This document shows positions 36,595-48,513 of a stretch of 64,000 nt of DNA, piece by piece. Numbering within the stretch: position 1 is the first letter of the stretch; each line of letters begins with the position of its first letter. The notes beneath the pieces are model-generated. The model was not told the DNA's origin and did no database searches. It was given only the letters and a program-made list of their open reading frames with translations. The stretch covers positions 4,278,001 to 4,342,000 of the forward strand of contig NW_027361891.1 of the NCBI RefSeq assembly GCF_039654945.1, in the 5' to 3' direction. The translations under genes were made by a program, and so were the position numbers. Origin of the DNA: Dendrobates tinctorius (lineage: Eukaryota).

Positions 36595-38217
36595 CGGTAC
36601 AGACCAAAGTTTGGACACACCTTCTCATTCAAAGAGTTTTCGTTATTTTCATGACTATGAAAATTGTAGATTCACTCTGAAGGCATCAAAACAATGAATT
36701 AACACATGTGGAATTATATAATTAAAGTGTGAAACAACTGAAAATATCTCTTATATTCTAGATTCTTCAAAGTAGCCACCTTTTGCTTTGATAACTGCTT
36801 TGAACACTCTTGGCATTCTCTTGATGAGCTTCAAGTGGTAGTCACCAGAAATGGTCTTCCAACAGTCTTGAAGGCGTTCCCAGAGATGCTTAGCACTTGT
36901 TGGCCCTTTTGCCTTCACATTGCGGTCCAGCTCACCCCAAACCATCTCGATTGGATTCAGGTCTGGTGTCTGTGGAGGCCAGGTCATCTGGCGTAGCACC
37001 CCATCACTTTCCTTCTTAGTCAAATAGCCCTTACACAGCCTGGAGGTGTGTTTGAGGCCATTGTCCTGTTGAAAAATAAATGATGGTCCAACTAAACACA
37101 AACTGGATGGAATAGCATGCCGCTGCAAGATGCTGTGGTAGCCATGCTGGTTCAGTATGCCTTCAATTTTGAATAAATCCCCAACAGTGTCACCAGCAAA
37201 GCACCCCCACACCATCACACCTCCTCCTCCATGCTTCACGGTGGGAACCAGGCATGTAGAGTCCATCCATTCACCTTTTCTGCGTCGCACAAAGACAAGG
37301 TGGTTGGAACCAAAGATCTCAAATTTGGACTCATCAGACCAAAGCACAGATTTCCACTGGTCTAATGTCCATTTCTTGTGTTATTTAGCCCAAACAAGTC
37401 TCTTCTGCTTGTTGCCTGTCCTTAGCAGTGGTTTCCTAGCAGCTATTTTACCATGAAGGCCTGCTGCACAAAGTCTCCTCTTAACAGATGTTGTAGAGAT
37501 GTGTCTGCTGCTAGAACTCTGTGTGGCATTGACCTGGTCTCTATTCTGAGCTGCTGTTAACCTGCGATTTCTGAGGTTGGTGACTCGGATGAACTTATCC
37601 TCCGCAGCAGAGGTGACTCTTGGTCTTCCTTTCCTGGGGCGGTCCTCATGTGAGACAGTTTCTTTGTAGCGCTTAATGGTTTTTGACAAAGCACTTGGGG
37701 ACACTTTCATAGTTTTCCCAATTTTTCGGACTGACTAACCTTCATTTCTTAAAGTAATGATGGCCACTCGTTTTTCTTTACTCAGCTGCTTTTTCTTGCC
37801 ATAATACAAATTCTAACAGTCTATTCAGTAGGACTATCACCTGTGTATCCACGAGACTTCTGCACAACACAACTGATGGTCCCAACCTCATTTATAAGGC
37901 AAGAAATCCCACTTATTAAACCTGACAGGGCACACTTGTGAAGTGAAAACCATTCCCGTGACTACCTCTTGAAGCTCATCAAGAGAATGCCAAGATTGTG
38001 CAAAGCAGTAATCAAAGCAAAAGGTGGCTACTTTGAAGAACCTAGAATATAAGACATACAGTATTTTCAGTTGTTTCACACTTTTTTTGTTAATTATATA
38101 ATTCCACATGTTAATTCATAGTTTTGATGGCTCCAGAGTGACTCTACAATTTTCATCGTCATGAAAATAAAGAAAACGCTTTGATTGAGAAGGTGTCCAA
38201 ACTTTTGGCCTGTACTG
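36595..38217 (-). mobile_element. Tc1/mariner element, full length, defective
   Basis: Long TIRs (~255 bp) beginning c(a/g)gtacag(a/g)ccaaa(a)gtttggacac; TA on the left; about 1.6 kb. Confidence 0.93.
36751..37802 (-). pseudogene. Tc1 DD34E transposase pseudogene
   Basis: GRPR, WSDESK, FQQDN, PDLNPIEMVW; frameshift just after the ATG and premature stops near 37735 and 37381. Confidence 0.9.
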
Positions 38218-38866
38218 TGTGTGTGTGTATATGTATATATAACACACACACACACACACACTATGACTTATCTCGGCTAAGATAAAGCCTAGATCCTCAG
38301 GCTACTTTCACACTATGGGCGCAGCCAGGATTAAACCTAGGGGGGGGGGGGGGGGGCAGAATCTCATACTGTTCCGCAGAATTTCATACTGCACACCTCA
38401 GCTGCTGCAGAACCTCATACTTCACACCCCTACACTTGAAAATGAAGCTTGCACCTTAAGGCCTCTTTCACACATCAGGTTTTCACCGTCAGGCGCGATC
38501 CGGCGCTTTTGACAAAAACCGGATCCGGCGAAATGCAATGCCGGATCCGGTTTCCCCCACATTGACTTGCATTTGCGCCGGATGGCCATGCATTTCATCC
38601 GGTTTTCGCCGGATCCGGCAATGTGTCGTGATCCGGCGTCTGGAAAAAACGGCTACTGTAACGTTTTTTTTGTCTCCGGCGAAAAAGCCGGACACGCCGG
38701 ATCCGGTGTGTCCGGCTTTTTCAAACAATGAAAGCCTATGAGCGCCGCAATGCGCCGGATCCGGCGACGGCCGGATCCGGTTTTTTTGGTCTGAGCATGC
38801 TCAGTAGCTCTGCCCACAAGACACATATATAAAAGCATGACAGTGGGACCCTCAGCCACACCCAAC

Positions 38867-41371
38867 ATGCCACCCAAGACAGCAACCAGGCGCAGGAGAA
38901 GGCAGGAGACCACTGCAGCAGCACCATCAGCACCACCACCACCCCAAATGGAGCAGCATGCTGAACAACGGGAGGGGAGTCCAGCAGCAGATGAGAGACG
39001 GTAATTATCAAATCCCCCATTCCTCCAAACTAGGGCCATGGAATAAAGATATTCATTGCCCCTTTGTTTCTCTTTATTCAACAGCCGCCCAAGAGATGCA
39101 GCAGCAGCAACAGTGGCAGCACTGGAAGCACTGGCAGCAGCAGTAACACCACCCACAGGCATGGAGTCCGGCCAGCAGGAAGACAGCACATCTTCTTCTG
39201 GGAGCCCTCCCTCGCATCGTCAGCGTTTGACGGTAAGTTTTTATTTCCAAAATCCATCATCTCTGTAATATATGTCTATTCATTGCCTTTTATTTCAAAA
39301 CAGGAATCACAAGATGAAGAGGAGCTCCCAGAAGAAGAAGGAAGGGGTGGACAGACACCTGGAGTGGGCTTACAATTGGTAAGTTTTTTGCATCAAACGC
39401 AGAAACACAACATCACACTACACACAACACATAGAAAACAATGTTCTGCAGACCACACACAGCAAACAAATGCCTACATCCAAAGACATAACATTTTTTG
39501 TTTTCTTCTCTAGTCTTCCCAATCTGGTGCTCGGCCAAGAGGTCCTCGCAGTGCCTCCCAGGGTCGTCGGCGACAGCAACGCGGCGGTCACCAGCGTGTA
39601 AGTATAAATATTTTTGCTTTGTTTTTTTTGCACTTTTTATTTCATTTCTTTTGTGGAGGCTAATTATGTTATTTTTGTCTTTTTCTTTAACAGCCTTCAC
39701 AGCGTGCTCCAGACTCTGACGGTGAGGATGGAGGGATTGATGTGGACCACCTCATCGATCTCGTCAGAGAAAGGGAGCCGCTATGGAATATGGCTGACCG
39801 CCGCCATGCTGACCTGATCGTAACCCGACGACTCTGGGAGGAAATCTGTTCGCTCCTTGTGGACCGCTGGGAGGACCTCGATGCTCAGGCCCAGATTAAA
39901 GAGCGTAAGTATATACAGTACCGGTTGCTTGATGTAAACCAGTGTTTCCCGAACTCCAGTCCTCGTGGTCCCCACGGATCATGTGTTCAGGATTTCCATT
40001 TACTATGGAAATCCTGAAAACATGACCCCTGGTGACCATGAGGACTGGAGTTTGGGAAACACTGATGTTGTATACTAACCACTCCTTTCTCGTTTCAGGG
40101 GACAGAATTGTGAAGCGGTGGCGGTCTGTGAGGGATCGTTTCAAGAAGGAGTTCAATAAAGAGATGCGGGCCCCGAGTGGATCTGGAGGACGCAGGAGCA
40201 AGTACAAGTACGCAGAAGCCCTGTCGTTCCTCCGGGAAACAATGGTCACCAGAAGGTAAATATTACACACCACATGTGAAAAAAAATGTTTAGATGTAAC
40301 TTTTTTTTTTCAGCCAGGGCCATACCATGTCACTATTTTAATTGTTTTTTTTCTCTTTATTCCACAGCACGGTGAGCAGCACTCGGGAGCCTGCACGATT
40401 GGACCCTTCTGAGGCGATCCCTGAGGAGACCGGCACCGAGGGACACTTCGACCGCCCCGGTACATCTGCACCTTCCCACACATTCGACCCATCTGTCCCA
40501 TCCACCAGCACAGGAGCATCGTGGCCGCCTACATTACATGAAGCTGCTGGTGAGGAGATCGATTTCCCTTTACCCCACCCTTCTGCCCCTGCCACCTCTA
40601 GTACACCTGCGGGTACTGGGTGGCAGCGGCAGAGGGGTCAGGAAAAGACTTATGCGCCAGAGTTCTTGCATCTGAATGCATATTTCCAGAACTGTCTCAA
40701 AGTCTTGTCAGAGCAAATCTCCGCAGGCTTTCAGCAGATCAACTCCAGCATTCTGGAGGTGCAGACACTTCTGCAAACCATGCATTCAGAAGCAAGATCT
40801 TCGCCAAACCACACCTTTTTCAGGTCTGTTGTGGAGCGCATGGAAACGCTCTCTCCTACCCAGCAGATGCATGTAATGCATTCATGCCACGGTGCTCTCC
40901 AGCACGTTACCTCCCAACCTCCTCCTCCCACCACAGTAGTTCCTCCACCTGCACCCCCTCCAGCCACTTTTTCCATCCTCCCCCTCCTATTACATACCAT
41001 CCACCTCCCCAGCACCAGCCACCTCCCCAGTACCAGCCACCTCCCCAGTACCAGCAACCTCCCCAGTACCAGCAACCTCCCCAGTACCAGCAACCTCCCC
41101 AGTACCAGACATCTCCCCACTTCCAGCAACCTGCCCCGTACCAAACTCCTTCCCCATACAACTTGCCATCAACATCATCTGCTCCTACAGTCCCTGCCCA
41201 ACCCTCCACTCCACCGCCCACATGTCCACCCATTCTGTAGCTTTTTCCACACCTTCACCTCTAACTGTTCCTTCCCCACCACGATCCCAGTCCTCTCTCC
41301 ACACTCCCAGTGTCGAAGTGTCCCGCAGCCCCTCCAGCAGTATTTCCACCCCACACTACACCGAGTTATAA
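38867..41371 (+). CDS. Harbinger MADF/Myb-SANT-like DNA-binding protein, 7 exons (38867-39000, 39085-39232, 39304-39378, 39514-39597, 39694-39904, 40099-40255, 40368-~41371)
   Basis: TATA at about 38826. All introns GT-AG and phase-compatible. Trp-spaced domain LIDLVREREPLWN...LWEEI...KRWRSVRDRFKKE...YKYAEALSFL. The last exon probably carries frameshifts; as written the frame runs to 41424. Confidence 0.85.
39940..40064. mobile_element. Small hAT-type hairpin MITE in intron 5 of the MADF gene
   Basis: cagtgtttccc...gggaaacactg palindrome related to 23553-23738; TSD degenerate. Confidence 0.75.
41002..41145 (+). repeat. 18-bp coding tandem repeat, ~7 copies
   Basis: (a/c)acctccccagtaccagc units; read PPQYQQ or HLPSTS depending on frame. 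Confidence 0.9.
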
Positions 41372-41883
41372 TGTTTTTTGTTGTAATAAAAATGCCCATT
41401 TGGTTGGTTTCAAACATTTATTAAAAAAGTTTTTTAAACTTTAAAAACATTTTACAAAAAAAAAAATATTTTAAATAAAAGTTAAATTATCGTTTTACAA
41501 TGGTTGTCTGTCATTTCTTTCTGCGGCGAACTATGTTTAAAAAAAAAAAGGTTAAATACAGGGTATTTCAAAGGTAAAAAGGTATTCAAAACCAGGTATA
41601 TAACTGTGGGTAAATTTTACCTTTTTGCCACAGTTGTGTTCATGGTTGTGTTTGAAGCTAAGTATTTCACCTAAAAAGTTGTGTTTATTGTTGGTGATTT
41701 CCTAACAATGTACACAACTTTTGTTACAAGGTGAAATACTTTGCATAAAAAAACAACCAGGTACACACCTGTTGCCTAAAGGTAAAAATAGTAAGACCAT
41801 GACAAGATAGCCAACTTTGGTTGGCAAAGGTATATACTGTTGGTACAGAAGGTACACAAGTTTGGTTAAGGGCACAAATCTTT

Positions 41884-43182
41884 CACACTCTGTCATCCTG
41901 CCAGTGTACTCTGCCTTGAGGTGACAAAGTATAGTGCAAAATTGTCCCTCATTACTGAAACCGTCACAGAACTTCTAGTGGTAATGTCATGGTAATCTTG
42001 CAAGGTGGTTTCTTCAGAGGTGTCCTCAATGGAAATGGGTTCCTTGCAGATAACAAAATTGTGGAGTACCACGCAAGCTTTGATCACCTCGTCCACAGTT
42101 TCTGTCTTGAGGTTGATCGCAGTTAATAGGACCCGCCATTTGGCTGTCAGAATACCAAAGGTACATTCAACCTTTCTTATTGCTCTTGTGAGGCGGTAAT
42201 TAAAAATGCGTTTTGTTCTTGTCAATCCTCTGCTAGAGTACGGTTTCAAAAGGTGTTCTGACAGCTGGAAGGCTTCATCCCCTACACAGACAAATGGCAT
42301 AGGTGGACCAGATGTTTGCGGCAGCGGTCTAGGGGGTGGGAACTGGAAGGTGTTTCCATACAGTTTACGCCCCATGGCAGACAGTTTGAAAACTTGAGAG
42401 TCATTGGAGCGGCCATAGGCCCCAATATCAACAGCAATACATTTGTATTCCGCGTCAGCGATGGCCATGAGGACAATTGAAAAATATTTCTTGTAATTGA
42501 AATATTCCGATCCCGATCCGGCTGGCTTTACAATGCGGATATGTTTCCCATCCACAGCGCCCAAGCAGTTCGGAAACTGACATATCTGTAGAAACTTTTC
42601 TGAAATTTCAATCCACCTCTCTGTTGTGGGCTCTGGTAAAAACTCTTCAGCTAAGGAGTCCCACAGTGCACGGCATGTGTACTTCACTATTCCAGATATG
42701 GTGGAAATTAATTAAATCACAGCATTACATACCAAAACTCAGCTATAACACTTGGAGATACAAACTACCACCAACAAGATTGCAGTGAAAGTGTGCTCTG
42801 ATGCGAGCACATCCAATAAATGTGGCTTACCTTAAAGTCACCATCAGACACTCTGCGGGTGAAACAGAGAAGCGGCAATAGGTGTCCGCTTTTCTTATGA
42901 GGTGTGCAATGCGCTCCACCAAGTAATCAAAATTCTCCATTTTCATCCGAACATATCCAAAAAATTTATCCGGGTTTCGTCTAAGGTCCATGCAGAGTGT
43001 AGAATAGACCCCACGCGTCATTCTCTTGGCTGTGATGGGGTGGATCCACAAACGTCGTCTACGATGCCTGATGCGCTGCTGTCTCGCTCTCTCCTTCTCC
43101 AGAACAATCACCCTCAAACGATTCTCGCCTCCGCTGTAAAATCCGCCAAATTCTTCAAAATATTTCCAATCACAACATCCAT
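41884..43182 (-). pseudogene. Harbinger transposase (HARBI1-like DDE), two exons, inactivated
   Basis: RRLWIHP, FFGYVRM, LMVTLR|gtaag; then GAVDGKH, YFNYK, VGDEAF, FNYRL, VECTFGIL. Frameshift near 43125; deletion of the exon-2 acceptor and the expected FLATG segment near 42710; C-terminal frameshift. Confidence 0.9.
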
Positions 43183-44649
43183 CTTCGCCAGTAACTTGCT
43201 CTTCTCTCCAACCTGCACTTTCTCCTCTACAACCTGTCAAAGAAGGGCTGTAGGAACACGCTATATATAGTTTTTCAGTAGCCAATCCCGTTCGGAAGGC
43301 CACAAGGGTCAATTTTAAAAACCGGATCCGGCGTAATCCGTCAAAAAACGGAACAAAAACCGGATGAACCGGATGAGACGGATCCGGTTTTGTCTGTCAA
43401 GAACAAGACGGATCCGGCAGAAAAACGGATCCGTCACATCCGGTTTTACGAAATATTTGCCGGATCCGGCGCTCCGGCACGACGCCGGATCGCGCCTGAC
43501 GCCGAAAACCTGATGTGTGAAAGTAGCCTAAGAAGATGTGGTGATGAATGCAGTCTATTTATTCCAACTATCAGTTGATGTTACTGAAGACGAGCAATGC
43601 CTGTCCTGGGCGTCCTTTTGGGCAGCTATGAGGTGTACCTGACTGGTGCAAAAAAAAAAAAGGAGTGTTAGTCTGTGTGCTATCCGGCTTTCATTATTTT
43701 TGGTACAGATATGATATGGATAGACAGATATGGATAAATGGATATATAGATAGAGCAGATTTCTAATCTGCTTTTGCTATTGAAAACATTATCTATGAGC
43801 TCAAAAACCTTTCAGGTGATGGGGTTTTTTAAAAAGCTGATCTGCTTTTGCAACTGTAAAACGTATCCTCAAAAAACGCAGGAAAAACGCTGTGTGTGAA
43901 TGTAGCCTTAGATCAGGAATAGAACAGCCAGTTATAGGACATTTCATAACTTTCCCAAATTCCTATGAAAAAAATATTCAGCATATTCTGCATTGAACTA
44001 CTGTACCCAATTTATTATATATTTTAGGAGTCGGAGTCTGTCCATTTTATACCGACTCCAACTCCACCAAAATGAGCACCGACTCCGACTCCACAGCCCT
44101 GGTCAGAGTGCAAGGTCTCGGAAGGCCTGGGTGTGTTGGAAGTGTCTGGGATTGAGCTTCCTGAAGAGCACATGGAAAGGCCCGGACCTGATAAGAGTCT
44201 GTGACGGCTCTGTGTAGGGAAGCTACTGCCCAGCTGTGGCTCTGCAACTGACGGCCTAGTGAGCAAGGCACTATCTGGAACAGTGATCCCAGTGCGGCCG
44301 CTTCCCTGATAACCCGTGAGGGCTAAACCGTGAGTAATGCTGACCGGGGTCAGTAAGAGACTGTGTTCTGGCTATAGAGCATGCGTGCTGGACATGGCAC
44401 AGCCTGTGTGCCCACAGGCCTGAGAGAGCGAAGCTCTACTATGGACATTAAGAATTTGTCTGTCTGATGTAAGACTGTTTGCCTTCTGTTCCTGTGACAT
44501 TGGTTTATGAAGGAAATAAGCCACACTGACTGTTACTTTAAGCAAGAGTGTTACTGTGCCTCAATATCACAGCAAAGCGAGTTAATCCCCATCCACTCAT
44601 ATGGTGGATCTCTACACCGGGTATAAATATGTAAAGGATACATTAACAC

Positions 44650-44938
44650 AGTATTCCCCCATACACAGTATGATGACCCTTCTTTATCCCCCTCCCTCAA
44701 TTCTCTCAACAAAGAATGATGAGCCCATCACAGTGTGATTCTCCAAAGGTAATCCCTACACAGCTCTGCATACAGTGTAATGTGCAGAAAATATCCTCCA
44801 TACAATACAATGGTTCCACACAGTCCTCCATACAGTGTAATGGGCCTCACATAGTGCTCCATAGAGTGTAATGGGCCCTACACAGTCCTGCATAAAGTGT
44901 AATGGGCTCCACATAGTGTTCTATAACAGTATAACGGG
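44650..44938. repeat. Degenerate ~30-bp minisatellite inside the outer hAT element
   Basis: cacagtcctccatacagtgtaatgggcc-like units. Confidence 0.7.
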
Positions 44939-45580
44939 GGCTCCATCCATCTTGCCATCAATTTTTACCATCTTCCCTGTCCCTGCTGAGGAAAAGCAGG
45001 CCCAAACCATGATGCGGACACCACCATGTTTGACAGTGGGGATGGTGTGTTCAGGGTGATGAGCTGTGTTGCCTTTACGCCAAACATATCGTTTGGCATT
45101 GTTGCCAAAAAGGAGATTTTTGTGTACTCACCGTAAAATCTCTTTCTCTTAGCCTTTAATTGGGGGACACAGAACCTTGGGTGTTATGCTGCTGTCCACT
45201 AGGAGGCGACACTATGCATAATCTGAAAAAGATTAACTTTGGCTCCTCCTCTGCAGTATACAGCCCTGGACGGCGTCAGCCTTCTCCAGTTTTGTGCCAA
45301 AGCATAAGGAGGAACGTAACCAAATAACATAACCATGCCTGTAAGAAGGCTATGTACGAGCTCAAAGAACAATATGAGAACTCAACAGGAAACAACGGCC
45401 CGCAAGGGCAACAGGGTGGGAGCTGTGTCCCCCAATTAAAGGCTAAGAGAAAGAGATTTTACGGTGAGTACACAAAAATCTCCTTTACTCTGTCGCCTAA
45501 TTGGGGGACACAGAACCTTGGGACGTCCCAAAGCAGTCCCTGGGTGGGAAGCAGTGGACGAATATTGTGCTGACAGTCCC

Positions 45581-46625
45581 CTAGACTTGGGGTACTGCCG
45601 CCTGCAGAACCAGTCTACCCAGGCTCGCATCCGCTGAGGACTGGGTATAAACACTGTAGTGTTTCGTAAACGTGTGTAGGCTAGTCCAAGTGGCCGCCTT
45701 GCACACTTGTTGTGCCGAAGCCTGATGCCGAATGGCCCAGGAGACCCCTACTGCCCGTGTAGAGTGTGCCGTGATACCGGCCGGAAGAGGGGAACTGTTA
45801 AGTCGGTAGTCCTCATGTATGGTGGACTTGATCCACCTGGCAAGGGTAGCCTTGGAAGCCGGCAACCCCTTGCGACTACCTTCCGGAAGAATGAAGAGGG
45901 AATCAGATTTCCGGAAAGGTGCAGTCCTGGACACGTAAATCCGCAATGCTCTGACGAGGTCAAGCGTATGCAGAGCCTTCTCCACTCTATGAACCGGAAC
46001 CGGGCAAAGGGAAGGCAGTGAAATCTCTTCATTAAGGTGAAAGTTGGACACAACCTTCGGAAGGAAGGATGGTACCGTGCGGAGAACCACCTTGTCCTGG
46101 TGAAAGGCTAGGAAAGGCCGTCTGCAGGAAAGTGCTGACAATTCTGACACTCTGCGTAACGAGGTGATCGCCACTAGAAAAACCACTTTCTGAGACAGAA
46201 TGGAGAGTGGAACTCCTCTAAGAGGTTCGAAGGGTGGAGCTTGCAATGCTGTCAGGACCAGATTGAGGTCCCACGTATCCAGCGGACGTTTGTAGGGAGG
46301 AACCAATCGGGAAACTCCCTGGATGAAAGTCCTTACTTGCGGTTTAATAGCAATGCGCTTTTGAAAAAGGACTGAAAGCGCCGACACCTGACTCTTAAGC
46401 GAACTTAAGGATAGCTTGGCATCTAGGCCCGATTGAAGAAAACCTAGTACCTTCGGGAGGGAATACGGGAGTGGGACTTGTCCATGAGATTCGCACCAAG
46501 AAAAGAAAGCTCTCCAGGTACGATAATAGAGCGTGGCGGAGGCAGGCTTCCTTGCCCTGATCATAGTTGCAATGACTGCCGGTGAAAAACCTGCCTGGGT
46601 TAGAATCCAGGTTTCAAGGGCCATG
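45581..46625 (-). CDS. DIRS-C2 tyrosine recombinase domain
   Basis: GMALET...RRVSEL...HSTR...ATWTS.HTFTKHY; catalytic residues intact. Confidence 0.88.
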
Positions 46626-48513
46626 CCGTCAAATTGAGAGCCCCTGAATTCTGGTGGAAGAACGGACCTTGAGACAGAAGGTCGTGACGGTCGGGTAGAC
46701 GCCAGGGGGCGTCTGCCGTAAGTTGGACGATGTCGGCGTACCAAGTACGTCTGGGCCAGTCTGGCGCGATGAGGATGGTCGGAACTCCCTCTTGCTTGAT
46801 CTTCCTCACGACCCTGGCGATTAGGGGGAGGGGTGGAAAAATGTACAGGAGTCGGAACTGGGACCAGTCCTGGACCAGGGCATCCGCTCCGAGCGACCGC
46901 GGGTCGTGTGTCCTGGCCATGAAATTGGGAACCTTGGTATTGAGATGGGATGCCATTAGGTCCACATCCGGGGTTCCCCAGCGTTGACAGATCTGGTAAA
47001 AAATCTCGGGATGGAGAGACCACTCCCCCGAGTCCATTCCTTGCCTGCTGAGGAAGTCGGCTTCCCAGTTTTCTACACCCGGAATGTGTACCGCAAAAAG
47101 TACCGACCTTGTGTCTTCCGCCCAGCGGAGGATATGAGCCACTTCTCTCATCACCTGGGCGCTGCGGGTCCCGCCTTGGTGGTTCACGTATGCCACAGCC
47201 GTGGCATTGTCCGACTGTATCCGTATGTGCGAGGCTGCAAGCAAGTGATGAAATGCTCTCAGTGCCAAGAGAATGGCCCTGATTTCCAGAACATTGATAG
47301 GCAATGTCACTTCCCTCGGTGACCACTTGCCCTGTGCCCTGTGATGTAGGTGCACCGCCCCCCAGCCTGTCAGGCTTGCATCGGTAGTCAGGATCTTCCA
47401 TTGTCCTGAGAGGAATGGCTTCCCTCGTGTAAGCGAGTTTGGTTTGAGCCACCAATGCAGGGACCTCCTGGTTGATGACGTCAACCTGAACTCCCTGTCG
47501 AGGGAGAGGGTTCCTGTCCCAAGATCTGAGTATGGCTAGTTGAAGGACCCTGAGGTGAAACTGGGCAAATGGCACTGCCTCTATTGCTGCTGCCATCCTG
47601 CCGAGGATTCTCATGGCAAACCGGAGAGATCAAGGAGGACTGCGAAGGAGGACTGCGAAGGAGGACTGCGAAGGAGTGTGCGAACTCCCAGACGGATGGC
47701 CAGTGTCTTGTCCTTGGGAAGGAGCACCAGGCCCCTGGCGGTGTCGAATACCATTCCCAGGAATGTTAGAGTCCGAGTTGGGATGGTCGACGATTTCTGT
47801 AGGTTGACTAGCCATCCCAGGCGACTCAGAGTGTCTAGAGTGATTGAGACACTGACCTCGCAGTCTTTGAAAGTGGGAGACTTGACGAGGAGGTCGTCCA
47901 GTTACGGGACGACTAGGATGCCTCGAGTGCAGGACGTCCATGGTGGCCGCCATGACTTTGGTGAACGTTCTTGGAGCCGTGGCGAGTCCGAACGGAAGGG
48001 CGACAAACTGGTAGTGGTTTTGGTTGACCGCGAACCTGAGAAACCTTTGGTGGGCGGGAGCAATTGGTATGTGGAGATACGCATCCTGTATGTCTATGGT
48101 CTCCCTGCTCCATGGATGCAATGATGGACCGGAGGGACTCCATGCGGAAATGACGGACCCGTACGTAATTGTTGAGCTGTTTTAGGTCCAGTATGGGTCG
48201 GACGCCGCCTCCTTTCTTGGGGACTACGAACAAATTTGAGTAGAATCCTCGGAATCTCTCGTTCGCGGGAACTGGCACCACAACTCCTGATTGAAGGAGA
48301 GAGGAAACCGCTTGGTGGAAAACACGAGCCTTTTCTGGTGGTGTTGGAGGAACAGAAAGGAAGAACCGGTTCGGTGGAACGGAAGTGAACTCTATCTTGT
48401 ATCCGGAAGACACTATTTCCCTGACCCACCTGTCTTCTGTAATAGGCAGCCAGACTTGCTGAAAGAGTAAAAGTCGGCCGCCTACTGGTGGGGTGTCTTC
48501 CGGAGGTCTCGAG

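Larger units (their letters stand above)
38460..43528. mobile_element. PIF/Harbinger transposon, near full length (5.07 kb)
   Basis: TIR ggc(ct/ta)ctttcacacatcaggttttc...gtcaggcgcgatccggcg; TAA TSD; convergent MADF/Myb and transposase genes. Confidence 0.95.
36327..44101. mobile_element. hAT-type MITE hosting the Tc1 and Harbinger elements
   Basis: TIR cagggctgtggagtcgg / ccgactccacagccctg, ccgact subterminal repeats, perfect 8-bp TSD gtcagagt. Confidence 0.9.
36088..44616 (+). mobile_element. Probable solo LTR (~750 bp once inserts are removed)
   Basis: Short inverted ends TGTaaacatcc / ggatctctACA; TATA-like tatataa at about 36267; polyA-like aataag at about 44515; reads through the hAT TSD gtcagagt. 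No TSD of its own found. Confidence 0.6.

Noticed and set aside
40731-41233. ORFs with GGCWYW, LLVLGR or AGTGEV repeats
   Set aside because: Antisense readings of the 18-bp repeat in the Harbinger MADF exon.
41893-42687. Host gene HARBI1
   Set aside because: Lies between TIRs with a TAA TSD, is paired with a MADF gene and is disrupted; it is a transposon copy.
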